Source: Planctomycetota bacterium (lineage in GTDB: Bacteria > Planctomycetota > B15-G4 > JADJEK01). From it: a stretch of DNA of 64,000 bases. Under the pieces are notes generated by a model that was given only the letters and a program-made list of their open reading frames with translations, ran no database searches and had not been told where the DNA came from. The position numbers and the translations under genes were made by a program. Shown here piece after piece: positions 20,031-29,476 of the stretch. The stretch covers positions 56,633 to 120,632 of the forward strand of contig JBGAIQ010000016.1 in the NCBI GenBank assembly GCA_044225365.1, read 5' to 3'. Position 1 is the stretch's first letter, and each line of letters begins with the position of its first letter.

Positions 20031-22154
20031 TTGGACTCGAAGACGGAATTCGCCCGCTTGCTGCATTCCACGATGACCTCGTTGTTCGGTTCCGCACCGA
20101 GCGTCGAGGAGATCGCAGCCGGCATCCAGGTGCCGAAGGAACTGAAGAACGGCGATCTCGCCTGGCCCTGCTTCCCGCTTGCGAAGGCACTGAAGCGTCC
20201 GCCTCCCGCGATCGCGCAGGAGATCGCGGTCGCAGCGAAGTCTGCTCTCGACGACAAGTTCTCCAAGGTGGAGGCGGCCGGCGGATACCTGAATGCCTAC
20301 GTCGACAAGGCCGCGGGTTTCGGCGCGCTCGTTCCCCGCATCCTGAACGGTGATTTCCTCGCTCCTCGTGCGCCACGTGGCGAGCGGGTGATGATCGAGT
20401 ACAGCCAGCCGAACACTCACAAGGTGTTCCACGTCGGGCATACGCGCAACGTATCGCTCGGTGATGCTCTCGTTCGCATCCATCGTTTCATGGGTGGAGA
20501 CGTCGTTGCGGCCAACTACATCGGCGACGTGGGAACCCACATCGCGAAGTGCCTGTGGTACTTCACGACGCAGTACGACCGCAGCAAGGGCGTGCCCGAG
20601 AAGAACCGCGGCGCGTTCCTCGGCTCGATGTACGCGGAGGCCGACCGTCTCCTCGACCTCTCGACGATGACGCGCGCGCCGCATCCGGGCGTCGTCACGG
20701 TTCGCGTTCTCGATCTCGCAGTCCATCCGCAGGAGCCGAAGTGGAAGGTCGCCCGCATCGAGACGAAGGATGCGGGTGAGAAGACCGTGGTGTGCGGCGG
20801 GCACACCTACGCGGCGGGCGATGTGGTCGCCTACGCGAAGCCGGGCACGCGCCTGCAGAAGCGTCGCATCGAGGTCGCGGAGCGCGGCGGCATCCTCTCC
20901 GAAGGCATGATCTGCGGCGAGGGCGAGGTCTCTCTCGGGGACGACGTGCAGAAGATCGTCGTGTTGCCGCCGGGCACCCCGCTTGGAGTGGAGATCGCGG
21001 AACTGTTCCGAATCGAGGGAGCGGTGCCACGCGATCGCTCCGTGCTCGCGACCTGGAACGAACGGAACGATGGCGTGCGCGGCGTGCTTCAGGCGCTCGA
21101 ACGCGGCGAACCCGAGATCACGAAGCTGTGGCAGGAGACGCGGAAGTGGTCGCTCGATGAGTTCGAGCAGATCTATCAGTGGCTCGATTCCCCCTTCGAT
21201 CACTTCTTCTACGAGTCCGAGGTCGGCGACGAGGGCAAGGAGATCGTCCTCGAGGAGTACTCGAAAGGACGACTCGTCAAATCCGAGGGCGCGATCGGAG
21301 CGGATCTCGCCGAGTTCGGGCTGCCGTTCTTCATGCTCCTCAAGAGCGATGGTACGGGACTCTATTCGACGAAGGACATCGCGCTCGCGAAGCTGAAGTT
21401 CGATCGGTTCAAGATCGATCGCTCGGTCTATGTCGTCGATGTGAGCCAATCCCTGCACTTCCAGCAGGTGTTCGCCACGCTGAAGAAGCTCGGGTACGAG
21501 CAGGCGAAGAAGTGTCATCACCTCGCCTATGGGATGGTCGTCCTCCCCGACGGGAAGATGAGCAGTCGCAAGGGCAACGTGATCCCGTTCGCCGAACTGA
21601 AGGATCAGCTCGCCAAGTACATCCGCTCGAAGTACCTCGACAAGCAGATCGGCGAGCTCGGCGAGGCCGAGATCGTGGAGACGGCCCGTCGCATCGTGAT
21701 CGCCACGATCAAGTACGGGATGCTGAACCAGGACAACAACAAGAACATCGTCTTCGACCTCGAGGAGTGGACCGCGCCGACCGGGAATACCGGTCCTTAT
21801 CTGCTCTACGCCTATGCCCGAACGCGTTCGATCCTGCGCGAGCTCGGCGGCTACTCGATCGCCGCGGCCGACTGGTCGTTGCTCGTCGACGAATCGGAGC
21901 TCGAACTGCTGAAGACCCTGCAGAAGTTCGACAAAGTGGTGGCCGAGGCGGCCGAGCAGTACCTGCCGCAGTTGCTGTGCATCTATCTCTACGGACTCGC
22001 GCGCGATTTCAGTCGGATGTACATGAGTTGCCCGGTGCTGAAGGCCGAGCCTTTGGGACTGCGGGCCGCGCGAGCAGCCCTCGTCGACGCGGCGGGGCGC
22101 GTTCTTTCCGCCGGACTTCAGCTCCTCGGTATCAAAACCGTGGAGCGAATGTGA
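20031..22154 (+). CDS. argS: Arginyl-tRNA synthetase with inserted tRNA-binding OB-fold
   Basis: IEYSQPN..K.FHVGH.RN (HIGH), NYIGDVG, KSDGTGLY, KMSSRKG, GNTGPYLLYAYAR, terminal ERM; about 115-aa insert at 20667-21010. Confidence 0.93.
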   Translation: MDSKTEFARLLHSTMTSLFGSAPSVEEIAAGIQVPKELKNGDLAWPCFPLAKALKRPPPAIAQEIAVAAKSALDDKFSKVEAAGGYLNAYVDKAAGFGALVPRILNGDFLAPRAPRGERVMIEYSQPNTHKVFHVGHTRNVSLGDALVRIHRFMGGDVVAANYIGDVGTHIAKCLWYFTTQYDRSKGVPEKNRGAFLGSMYAEADRLLDLSTMTRAPHPGVVTVRVLDLAVHPQEPKWKVARIETKDAGEKTVVCGGHTYAAGDVVAYAKPGTRLQKRRIEVAERGGILSEGMICGEGEVSLGDDVQKIVVLPPGTPLGVEIAELFRIEGAVPRDRSVLATWNERNDGVRGVLQALERGEPEITKLWQETRKWSLDEFEQIYQWLDSPFDHFFYESEVGDEGKEIVLEEYSKGRLVKSEGAIGADLAEFGLPFFMLLKSDGTGLYSTKDIALAKLKFDRFKIDRSVYVVDVSQSLHFQQVFATLKKLGYEQAKKCHHLAYGMVVLPDGKMSSRKGNVIPFAELKDQLAKYIRSKYLDKQIGELGEAEIVETARRIVIATIKYGMLNQDNNKNIVFDLEEWTAPTGNTGPYLLYAYARTRSILRELGGYSIAAADWSLLVDESELELLKTLQKFDKVVAEAAEQYLPQLLCIYLYGLARDFSRMYMSCPVLKAEPLGLRAARAALVDAAGRVLSAGLQLLGIKTVERM

Positions 22155-22167
22155 CGACAAGAGACCG

Positions 22168-23259
22168 ATGACTGGTCCCGAAGTCCTGATCCTGAAGACG
22201 GCCGCGCTCGGTGACGTGCTGCGCACGACATCGATCCTCCCGGGCATCCATGTCGCGCTGCCAGCGCCGCGAGTCACGTGGCTCACCGCACCGGCGGCCG
22301 CGCCCCTCGTCCGGGGACATCGGCTCGTGGCCGAAGTGCTCGCGGTCGATACCAAGGACCTCGCGACGATGGACGAGACCCGACGCCGGCTCACGGCGAA
22401 CGGTCGGCGATTCTCGTGGGTGATCTCGCTCGATGACGAGGAGCCGCTGTGCCGGCTCGCGAGCGTGATCGAGAAGGAACGACTCTCCGGTGCGTTCCTC
22501 GACGGCGACGTCCGAACCTACACGGAAGACGTCGAACCCTGGTTCGGGATGGGGCTCCTCGCGAAGGCGGGCAAGGCGGTCGCCGATCGGCGCAAGATCG
22601 AGAACACCCGCACTCATCCCGAGATCCTGGCGACGATGCTCGGACTCTCGCCGGGCAAGCCCGAGTACCCGCTCGCACCGAAGGCCGTGCAGCGCGCCAC
22701 GGCGATCGCGGGGAAACTCGACTTCGAGCGGGGCGGCGCACTCATCGGGCTGAACACGGGCGCCGGCAGCCGGTGGAAGACGAAGGAACTGCGGATCGAA
22801 GAACTGCTCGAAATCGTTACGGTGTTGCACGCAAAGTACCGTGGCGAGGTGACGTTCGTGCTCCTCGGGGGGCGCGACGAGGGCGAACGCAACGCGGAGA
22901 TCGCACGACGCTTCGCGGCATTACCGACGAAACCGCGATTCGTGGACGCGGGCGGTGACAATTCGCTCGACGAGTTCGCGGCGATCGTCGCGCGACTCGA
23001 TCTCCTCCTGACGAGCGATTCGCTCGCCATGCACATCGCGATCGCGCGAGACGTGCCGCTCGTCGTGTTCTTCGCGCCGACCTCGGCGGCCGAGATCGAG
23101 CTGTATGGACTCGGTGAGAAGGTCTGGAGCACTGCGCCGGACTACTGCTCGTATCGGATCGACGCCGACAACTCGACGATCACGGCCGCGCGACTTCTCC
23201 CCGCGATCGAGCGAACGCTTTCGCGATTTCCACCCGCGCGGTCGTCCGCCTCCGCGTGA
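22168..23259 (+). CDS. Glycosyltransferase family 9 (ADP-heptose:LPS heptosyltransferase-like)
   Basis: ILKTAALGDVLRTT, GLNTGAG..W.TK, LLLTSDSLAMHIA.A..VP.V.FF.PT. Confidence 0.85.
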   Translation: MTGPEVLILKTAALGDVLRTTSILPGIHVALPAPRVTWLTAPAAAPLVRGHRLVAEVLAVDTKDLATMDETRRRLTANGRRFSWVISLDDEEPLCRLASVIEKERLSGAFLDGDVRTYTEDVEPWFGMGLLAKAGKAVADRRKIENTRTHPEILATMLGLSPGKPEYPLAPKAVQRATAIAGKLDFERGGALIGLNTGAGSRWKTKELRIEELLEIVTVLHAKYRGEVTFVLLGGRDEGERNAEIARRFAALPTKPRFVDAGGDNSLDEFAAIVARLDLLLTSDSLAMHIAIARDVPLVVFFAPTSAAEIELYGLGEKVWSTAPDYCSYRIDADNSTITAARLLPAIERTLSRFPPARSSASA

Positions 23260-24938
23260 GGAAAGGGGCTTGCGTGACGCAGGATGTTCGTCCCGGGTCG
23301 CTGTCGAAGCCGCGTTTTGCTGCGCTCTTGCTCGCGATCGTCGCACTCGGTGGCGTCCTGCGATTCGTCGGTGTCGAGCACGGGATCGATCTGCGCGACC
23401 CTCGCCTCGCGATCTGGAACGATCACAACGACGAGGAGACGCAAGCGCTCGCGGTACGCGATCATCATCGCAAGGGCGACTTCGATCCGAGCGCGTTCTG
23501 GCTGTGGGGTGCGGGCGGTTTCTACACGTACGGCGGGCTCGACCGACTGGTGCTTCCCGGGCTCGCGTGGGCCCTCGACGCCGACGTCTCGGCCGACGGG
23601 CTCGCCAAGAACCTGAGCCCACTGCTCCTCTCGCATCGGATCGGAGCGATCCTCGCCTCCCTACTCGCGATCGCACTCCTCGCAATGTTCCTGCGTCGTG
23701 ACTTCGGCGATCGCGTCGCGCTGCTCTCGGCGTTCTTCCTCGCGACGGCATACCTCGCCACGCGCGAAGCGCACTACGGAACGCTCGATCAGTGGCTCCT
23801 CCTCGGCACGGTCGTCACGCTCGGCGGAGCATTGCGTCTCCTGGCATCGCCCACGCTCGGGCGCGCGATCGTGGCCGGGGCCTTCGCCGGCGTCTTCGCG
23901 TCGTTCAAGTACTCGGGAGGGGCGTTCGTCCCTCTCCTCTTCCTCGGGATCGTTCTCGGATGCGGCGCACCGGGACGAGGTCTGCGCAGAGCCATCGTGC
24001 TCGGGCTCGCATCCGGCATGGCGGCCGGCGTCGGCTACCTCGCGATGTCTCCGCCGCTCCTGCGTTCCCTCGCTCCGGTCCTCGATGGCATCCACTCGCA
24101 AATGGGGATGATCGGCTTCCGCCTCGATCATCTCGGTGAGATGGCCTGGTATCACCTGAAGGAGTCGCTCTTCGTCGGCGCCGGCGAGTCCCTGATCGTT
24201 GCCGCGGTGTGTGGGTTCGTGCTCGTCTTTTCGCGAGTCCATCGAAACCGCGCCGAGGGCAACTCGGCGTCACCGCCGCTGCTGATCTTGTGCTTCCTGG
24301 TCGCGTCGTTCCTGTTCCCGTTGTCCAACACCTGCCATTCGGTCCGCCAGGCACTCCCGATCTTCCCGTCGATCGCGATCCTCGCAGCGATCGCGGTCGA
24401 GCGCGTTTCGAGTGCGGCGGGATCGCGCTTTCCGATCGCAGTGCTCGCCGTGCTCGTCGCTTCGCCCTCCATCGCGCGAGCGATCACGCTCGATCGCCTG
24501 CTCACGCAGAAGGACACTCGGGTGGACGCGCTGGAGTTCCTCGCGAACTCGGGCATCCCGCCCCAGCAGGTCGTCGGCGTCGGCTTCTATGGGTTGCCGC
24601 GCTCGAGCTGCATCGCGGTGCGTCCCCCGTTCATGGATTGGGTCGATGCCGTGCATCGGCGGCGAGTTCTCACGCGCGATTCCGCGGCGACGTTGAAACC
24701 GCGCCTGCTGATCCGCGATCTATCGTCGGGGCTGGTCGACGAATTCGCGTGGGTCGACTTCGCCTCGATCGCGGAGACGGAATACGACGTCGTCCTGCGC
24801 GGCGAGGGCCGGCGCGACGCGGCGACGCCGGAGCTTCCGGACCTGATCCACGGGACGCCGTTCCACTTCATCCCCTACGCCAACCCTTGGACGATGACGC
24901 GCCCCGGTCCGAGTTACGTGATCTACGAGCGGCGCTAG
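23256..24938 (+). CDS. GT-C membrane glycosyltransferase (GT39/PMT/ArnT-like)
   Basis: LRF…DE motif after the first TM helix, multiple TM helices, HY…D, SFKYSG; GTGA overlap with the GT9 gene. Confidence 0.72.
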   Translation: MRKGACVTQDVRPGSLSKPRFAALLLAIVALGGVLRFVGVEHGIDLRDPRLAIWNDHNDEETQALAVRDHHRKGDFDPSAFWLWGAGGFYTYGGLDRLVLPGLAWALDADVSADGLAKNLSPLLLSHRIGAILASLLAIALLAMFLRRDFGDRVALLSAFFLATAYLATREAHYGTLDQWLLLGTVVTLGGALRLLASPTLGRAIVAGAFAGVFASFKYSGGAFVPLLFLGIVLGCGAPGRGLRRAIVLGLASGMAAGVGYLAMSPPLLRSLAPVLDGIHSQMGMIGFRLDHLGEMAWYHLKESLFVGAGESLIVAAVCGFVLVFSRVHRNRAEGNSASPPLLILCFLVASFLFPLSNTCHSVRQALPIFPSIAILAAIAVERVSSAAGSRFPIAVLAVLVASPSIARAITLDRLLTQKDTRVDALEFLANSGIPPQQVVGVGFYGLPRSSCIAVRPPFMDWVDAVHRRRVLTRDSAATLKPRLLIRDLSSGLVDEFAWVDFASIAETEYDVVLRGEGRRDAATPELPDLIHGTPFHFIPYANPWTMTRPGPSYVIYERR

Positions 24939-24981
24939 CCCAGGCCACTCTTGCGTGGGATCGCGCGCGTGATTTGCCGCT

Positions 24982-25466
24982 GAGGACCGCAGAGGACGGG
25001 GAACAGCGGAAATTCGAAACGGGACCGTCCGCCGCCCGCGACGCGATCTCCTTGACCCCCGCAGTCGTCAAGTCCGCCAAGCCGACCCCCTTTCATACTT
25101 CCTGACCTCTGTGGGCCTCCTCTGACCTCCGTGGTCCTCCGTGGAAGACTCCGGATCCTTCCCCGCAAGTACACGCGTGAATGCAGATGCACACGGCGCG
25201 GACGTCCATGTGGACGAAGTCGTTCGTTTCACACGGAGGACCACGGAGGTCCGAGGAGGACCATGGAGGTCGGAGAAGATCGGATCTTTCAAAGGGGGCC
25301 GTCCGCCCCGCGCGACGCGATCGACGCTCCCTTGCATGTGCGTTCGTAGGACCCGCCGAGTTGGCCCCTCTTCAAGGTTTCTGACCTCTGTGGGCCTCCT
25401 CTGACCTCCGTGGTCCTCCGTGGAAAACTCCGGATCCTTCCCCGCAAGTACACGCGTGAATGCAGA
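24982..25466. repeat. BIME/REP-like mosaic: 86-bp direct repeats plus an inverted arm, period about 275-280 bp
   Basis: 25102-25187 equals 25381-25466 with one mismatch. 25232-25273 is an imperfect reverse complement of their first ~42 bp. 24982 resembles 25256, and 25022-25048 resembles 25296-25322 (degenerate copies). Confidence 0.9.
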
Positions 25467-25508
25467 AGCGAGCGTCGCGGCTGTCCTCGAGGACGCGGTC
25501 GAACGCGA

Positions 25509-26072
25509 TCACGCCCGCGCGAGGAATCGCTCGAGCAGCATCAGTCCGCACATCGATTGGCCATCCGCGAGCTCCTGCGTCACGAGCAGCTCGCGCGCGG
25601 CGGCGAGTGGCATTCGGTGCAATGTGAGAGACTCCTCGGGTTCGAGGCTCTGCTCGACCGCGGTGAGGTCGCGCGCGAGGTAGAAGTGGCAGCGCTCGGT
25701 CGAAACGCCCTTGTAGGGTGCGAACGATCCGAGTGCGTCGAAGCGCGCTGCCGCGAGTCCGGCCTCTTCCTGCAGCTCATGCTTCGCGACGTCGAGCGGA
25801 TCATCGCCGCGCTTCATCCCGCCGATCGGAAACTCGTAGAGATCGACGTCGAGGAGATATCGCCGCTGCCGGATGAGTAGAGTCGTTCCGTCCGGGAACA
25901 GGGGGATGATCCCGACGGACCCCGGCATGTCGACGTAGTAGTACAGCCCCTCGCTTCCATCGCGACGAACGTAGCGATCGAGGCAGTAGCGATGCCATCG
26001 ATTCGCGACGAGGACCGTGCGGGAGATCCGCGAGAACGGCGTCGGGGATGGGGAGCCATGTTGGATCGTCAT
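25509..26072 (-). CDS. NUDIX hydrolase (ADP-ribose pyrophosphatase-like)
   Basis: LIRQRRY, EFPIGGMKRGDDPLDVAKHELQEEAGL Nudix box. Confidence 0.85.
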   Translation of the reverse strand: MTIQHGSPSPTPFSRISRTVLVANRWHRYCLDRYVRRDGSEGLYYYVDMPGSVGIIPLFPDGTTLLIRQRRYLLDVDLYEFPIGGMKRGDDPLDVAKHELQEEAGLAAARFDALGSFAPYKGVSTERCHFYLARDLTAVEQSLEPEESLTLHRMPLAAARELLVTQELADGQSMCGLMLLERFLARA

Positions 26073-26188
26073 GACGCGTAGAGTGGCGATCGGAGCGCCG
26101 CGGTGCAATGACACGGCCTCGGAAACGCATCCGCTTCCGAGGCCGTGGAGTCATCGGGCGAAGGGTTCGCCCCTCACGATGCGGGGAA

Positions 26189-27211
26189 TCAGTTCCCGCC
26201 ATCCTTCTTTTCGCCGTCCTTCTTGTCGTCATCGTCGTCATCGTCGTCGTCGCCCGCGCCGGCACCGTTGGCGGCGATCATCTTGATCTGGGCGACGATC
26301 TGATCGGCTTGCTGACCGATCTCGGACTTCGGATCGAGGAGCTTCGCGGCTTCGACGGCCTTCACGGCGTCATCGAACTTCTTGCCCTGCATCAGGATGC
26401 CGACCTTCATCATTGCGGCGTTCTGAGCGAGCTTGACGTTCTTCTCCTTGTGCTTCGTGACGAACTCGTCGACGACCTTCATGCAACCGTCGAAGTCCTT
26501 CTTCTCGAACAGCGGACCGATGGCGTTCTGCAGCTCGCTCATCGCCTGCGTCTCGGCGAACGTGTTGCAGATCTCGTCGTACTTCGTCTTGAGACCGGCT
26601 TCGCCCTTCTCGTCGAGCGCGATGATCTCCTTCACTTCCTTCTCGTAGAAGGGCATCAGGAGCTCCGCGTCGAGGAGGCCGAGCGCTTCGTCCAGGGCCT
26701 TCGCCTTGTCCGCGCCCTTCTTCTCACCCGCCTTCACGACCGCATCGGCGAACTTCGCCTTGTTGTCGCGCAGTCCGGCGACGTGCGTCATGTACTTCTC
26801 CGGGCCGCCTTCCTGGTAGCCCGTCTTCGCGTACGGCTTGCCGCCCGCGTCGGTGAGGAAGATCGTCGGGAAGCCCTGGACGCCGAAGCGCGTCATGAGG
26901 CCCTCGTTCTGCTTCTTGATCTCCGGCGTCACGAGCTTCGCATCGCGCGGGAAATCGAGCTTCACGAGGACGAACTGCTCCTGGATCTTCTTCTCGAAGT
27001 CACCCTGGGTGAAGACTTCGGCGTCGAGCTTCTTGCACCACACGCACCAGTCGGAGCCCGTGAAGTCGATGAGAAGATCCTTCTTCTCGGACGTGGCCTT
27101 GGCCTGCGCCTTGGCGAAGTCCTGGATCCAGGCGGACTCGGTCGTATCGCCGGCAAACGCCGAGGAACCGAGGAACAGCGCAGCCGCAAGGGCGCGGGTC
27201 GCGAGGGACAT
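26189..27211 (-). CDS. Exported thioredoxin-family protein with helical C-terminal region and acidic tail
   Basis: Signal peptide (SSAFA); DFTGSDWCVWCKKL (CxxC), LVKLDFP, GVQGFPT cis-Pro loop; poly-Asp tail. Confidence 0.88.
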   Translation of the reverse strand: MSLATRALAAALFLGSSAFAGDTTESAWIQDFAKAQAKATSEKKDLLIDFTGSDWCVWCKKLDAEVFTQGDFEKKIQEQFVLVKLDFPRDAKLVTPEIKKQNEGLMTRFGVQGFPTIFLTDAGGKPYAKTGYQEGGPEKYMTHVAGLRDNKAKFADAVVKAGEKKGADKAKALDEALGLLDAELLMPFYEKEVKEIIALDEKGEAGLKTKYDEICNTFAETQAMSELQNAIGPLFEKKDFDGCMKVVDEFVTKHKEKNVKLAQNAAMMKVGILMQGKKFDDAVKAVEAAKLLDPKSEIGQQADQIVAQIKMIAANGAGAGDDDDDDDDDKKDGEKKDGGN

Positions 27212-27386
27212 GAAGCACTCCAGATTTCGAGGAAACGGGACAAAGAGACCATGATACGCGTCGGATGGATCGGCAGCGGCCGGCTTTTTGGTGAAGCACG
27301 AAAAACACGGGGTCGGCGACGTTGTTCGTCGCCGGCCGTGTCGTGCCGGAGGGCTCTGCGAAAGGCCCGCGCGGCGGGTCAGGGGC

Positions 27387-29066
27387 TCACTGGAAGGTGA
27401 GCGTCATGCGATCCGTGAACGTCGCACCGAGCGGCTTGCCCGGGTCGGTGAAGACGCCCTGCGTGACCACGGAGCCCGGCGTGACCGTGCCCGGCAAGGT
27501 GGTCGGCAATGTGAGGGCGCCGTTCGCGTCGAGCGGCAGCGGGCCCACGGTGGCGAGCGGCGACACGAGCAGCGTGCACTGGCTGTTCGGAACGGGCACG
27601 CTGATCGAGCTGATCCCGAGGTACAGGAACGCGCTCTGGTTCGCGACGCCGTTGGCGAGCGTGAGGGTGACCGCGCCGTTCGCCGTGAGGCAACCCGTCA
27701 CGTTCGCGGATGGGAACTTCAGGTTCGACCCGAGGCACGCCGACCCGGAGTGGGTCACGCTGCCGCAGCTGGCGAAGGGATCGTAGTCCGGGATCGTCGT
27801 CGCGTTGGTGTTCAGCGGATCGAGGAACGCCTTCACCAGCGTCCAGTGATTCGCGAGCTTCGGGTACTGATCGTTGAAGGGGAAGCCGCAGGCCGACTGT
27901 CCGCCGAGCAGCGCGCCGATGTACTTGTGCGACGGCGTGTAGAGCGGCGAGCCCGAGGAGCCCGGCTCGGTGACGCCGATGTCCCACTGGTTCACGTTCC
28001 AGTAGATGCCCGTCGTGCCGAGAGCATTGTTCTCGAACGAGATCTTCTTCGGCAGCCCCTGGGGATGATGGATGCCGATGGCGCCCGGTGCGGTCGTCGA
28101 GCGATCGTAGCCCGGGAAGTAGATGTTGAAGGTCGACGGGATCGCGGGGTTGATGCGAACCAGGCGACAGTCGTGCGGTTGATCGGCGACGAGCTGCGTG
28201 GAGCCCTGGACCGTGAAATTGGTCGGCGCCGAACCCGAGTTGCAACCCGGCTTCTCGTACTTGAACTGGAAGACGGCGCTGTTGAGCGCTCCGCAGTGGT
28301 AGGCCGTGATGAAGAGCTGGTCGCCGTTGCTGCTCGAGTTGTTGATCATCGAGCCGCTGCACAGCGCGCCACCGATGATGAGGCGGGCGACCGCGCGACG
28401 CGTGGCTTCCCAGCCGAGGCCTTCGGGGCACACCACGTCGCACTCGCACTGGCCCGTCGTCTTCAGCGGGATCCCCGCGGCTTCGAGGGTGACGATGTCG
28501 CGATAGGCGTGGACCACGGTGCCGACGCGGAGGTCGCCCGCGAACGCCGCATTGCGCGGCTCGATGTACTCGAGCGTGATCGCTTCACCGGGAACCGGCT
28601 GGATCGCGAAGGCGCCGCTCGGGTTCTCGTTGAGCGCGTTGTAGGAGCCGAACGTGACAGCGTAGCCGTCGTTGTAGACGTAGAGTTCGGCACCGTCGGG
28701 GATGTGGTAGGCCGAGAAGATGAGATTGATCGAGTATGCACCCGTCGACAGGATGCGAGCGCGCCAGATTCGCGTGCCGTCCGCGAGCTTGTCCCACACG
28801 CCAGCGTTGTCGAGTCCGATGTCGACCGGCAGTTCTGCGCCAAAGCGGAACGGCTGATCCTTCGTGCGACGAAGATCCTCGTTCATGTACTTGTCGACGT
28901 CGACCGTCGGCATCGTGACCGTCGGTACGGCCGAAGGAAGGTGGATCGACTTGGAGGCGGGGCTGCCGCCGTAGGACAACTGTGCATTCGCGGTCGAGGA
29001 GAGGAACAGGGCGAGACTCGACCCGACGGCGATAACGAGGGACGATGAAAGCAGCTTGGATCTCAC
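27387..29066 (-). CDS. Secreted lysyl-endopeptidase-like serine protease (S1) with C-terminal domain
   Basis: GTG 29066 after AGGA; signal (STANA-Q); pro-region PFRFG…W…GAYS.NL.F; CSGSMINN, TAYHC (His), D.RLV (Asp), GIHHP, TEPGSSGSPL (Ser). Confidence 0.88.
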   Translation of the reverse strand: MRSKLLSSSLVIAVGSSLALFLSSTANAQLSYGGSPASKSIHLPSAVPTVTMPTVDVDKYMNEDLRRTKDQPFRFGAELPVDIGLDNAGVWDKLADGTRIWRARILSTGAYSINLIFSAYHIPDGAELYVYNDGYAVTFGSYNALNENPSGAFAIQPVPGEAITLEYIEPRNAAFAGDLRVGTVVHAYRDIVTLEAAGIPLKTTGQCECDVVCPEGLGWEATRRAVARLIIGGALCSGSMINNSSSNGDQLFITAYHCGALNSAVFQFKYEKPGCNSGSAPTNFTVQGSTQLVADQPHDCRLVRINPAIPSTFNIYFPGYDRSTTAPGAIGIHHPQGLPKKISFENNALGTTGIYWNVNQWDIGVTEPGSSGSPLYTPSHKYIGALLGGQSACGFPFNDQYPKLANHWTLVKAFLDPLNTNATTIPDYDPFASCGSVTHSGSACLGSNLKFPSANVTGCLTANGAVTLTLANGVANQSAFLYLGISSISVPVPNSQCTLLVSPLATVGPLPLDANGALTLPTTLPGTVTPGSVVTQGVFTDPGKPLGATFTDRMTLTFQ

Positions 29067-29476
29067 GGATGCGTTCCTAGCAGCAAGGGGACGGGGGGCG
29101 AACCGGGAAACGAACGGAGCGAAGGCGACTGGCGATCCGTGTGGGTGCTGGGGTGGAGCGCAGCCGAACTGCTCGCCCGGGTTCTCGCGAAGTCTACCGC
29201 GGATCAGGGGTTCGGGCACCCTCATTCTCCCAAGGCGGGCCAGAACGAGGTGGGGTCGCAAAGCGATGAGCGGACCTTCGCCGGCGACGCATGCGCGCGC
29301 ACCGACTCTCCAAGCGCGAGGCGGGCAGCGATTTGCGAAGGCCTTCGGATTCAACCCCGGTGGGTCCTCGGCGCGCCGCGGGTGGGAACCCCGGTCTTTT
29401 TTGGCCCGGCCGCGGCGAGAACCCGAGCCTTTCACGATAGGATGCTGAGCTTGTCCCGATGTCCTTGAGTGCAGCG

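Noticed and set aside
16099-20376. Apparent giant overlapping ORFs (1425 aa on -, 1268 aa on +) suggesting fusions
   Set aside because: Each is a real gene (dacB from 17640, DPP III from 17794) extended upstream through the shadow of the divergent gene; the true starts are followed by signal peptides.
25102-25466. Possible CRISPR array
   Set aside because: Only two 86-bp direct copies with an inverted arm between them; wrong repeat and spacer sizes, and no cas genes.
29067-29476. Possible ncRNA or riboswitch in the divergent intergenic region (GC hairpin-like segment followed by a T run near 29395-29402)
   Set aside because: The stems are imperfect and I recognise no RNA family signature; an Rfam/Infernal scan would be needed.
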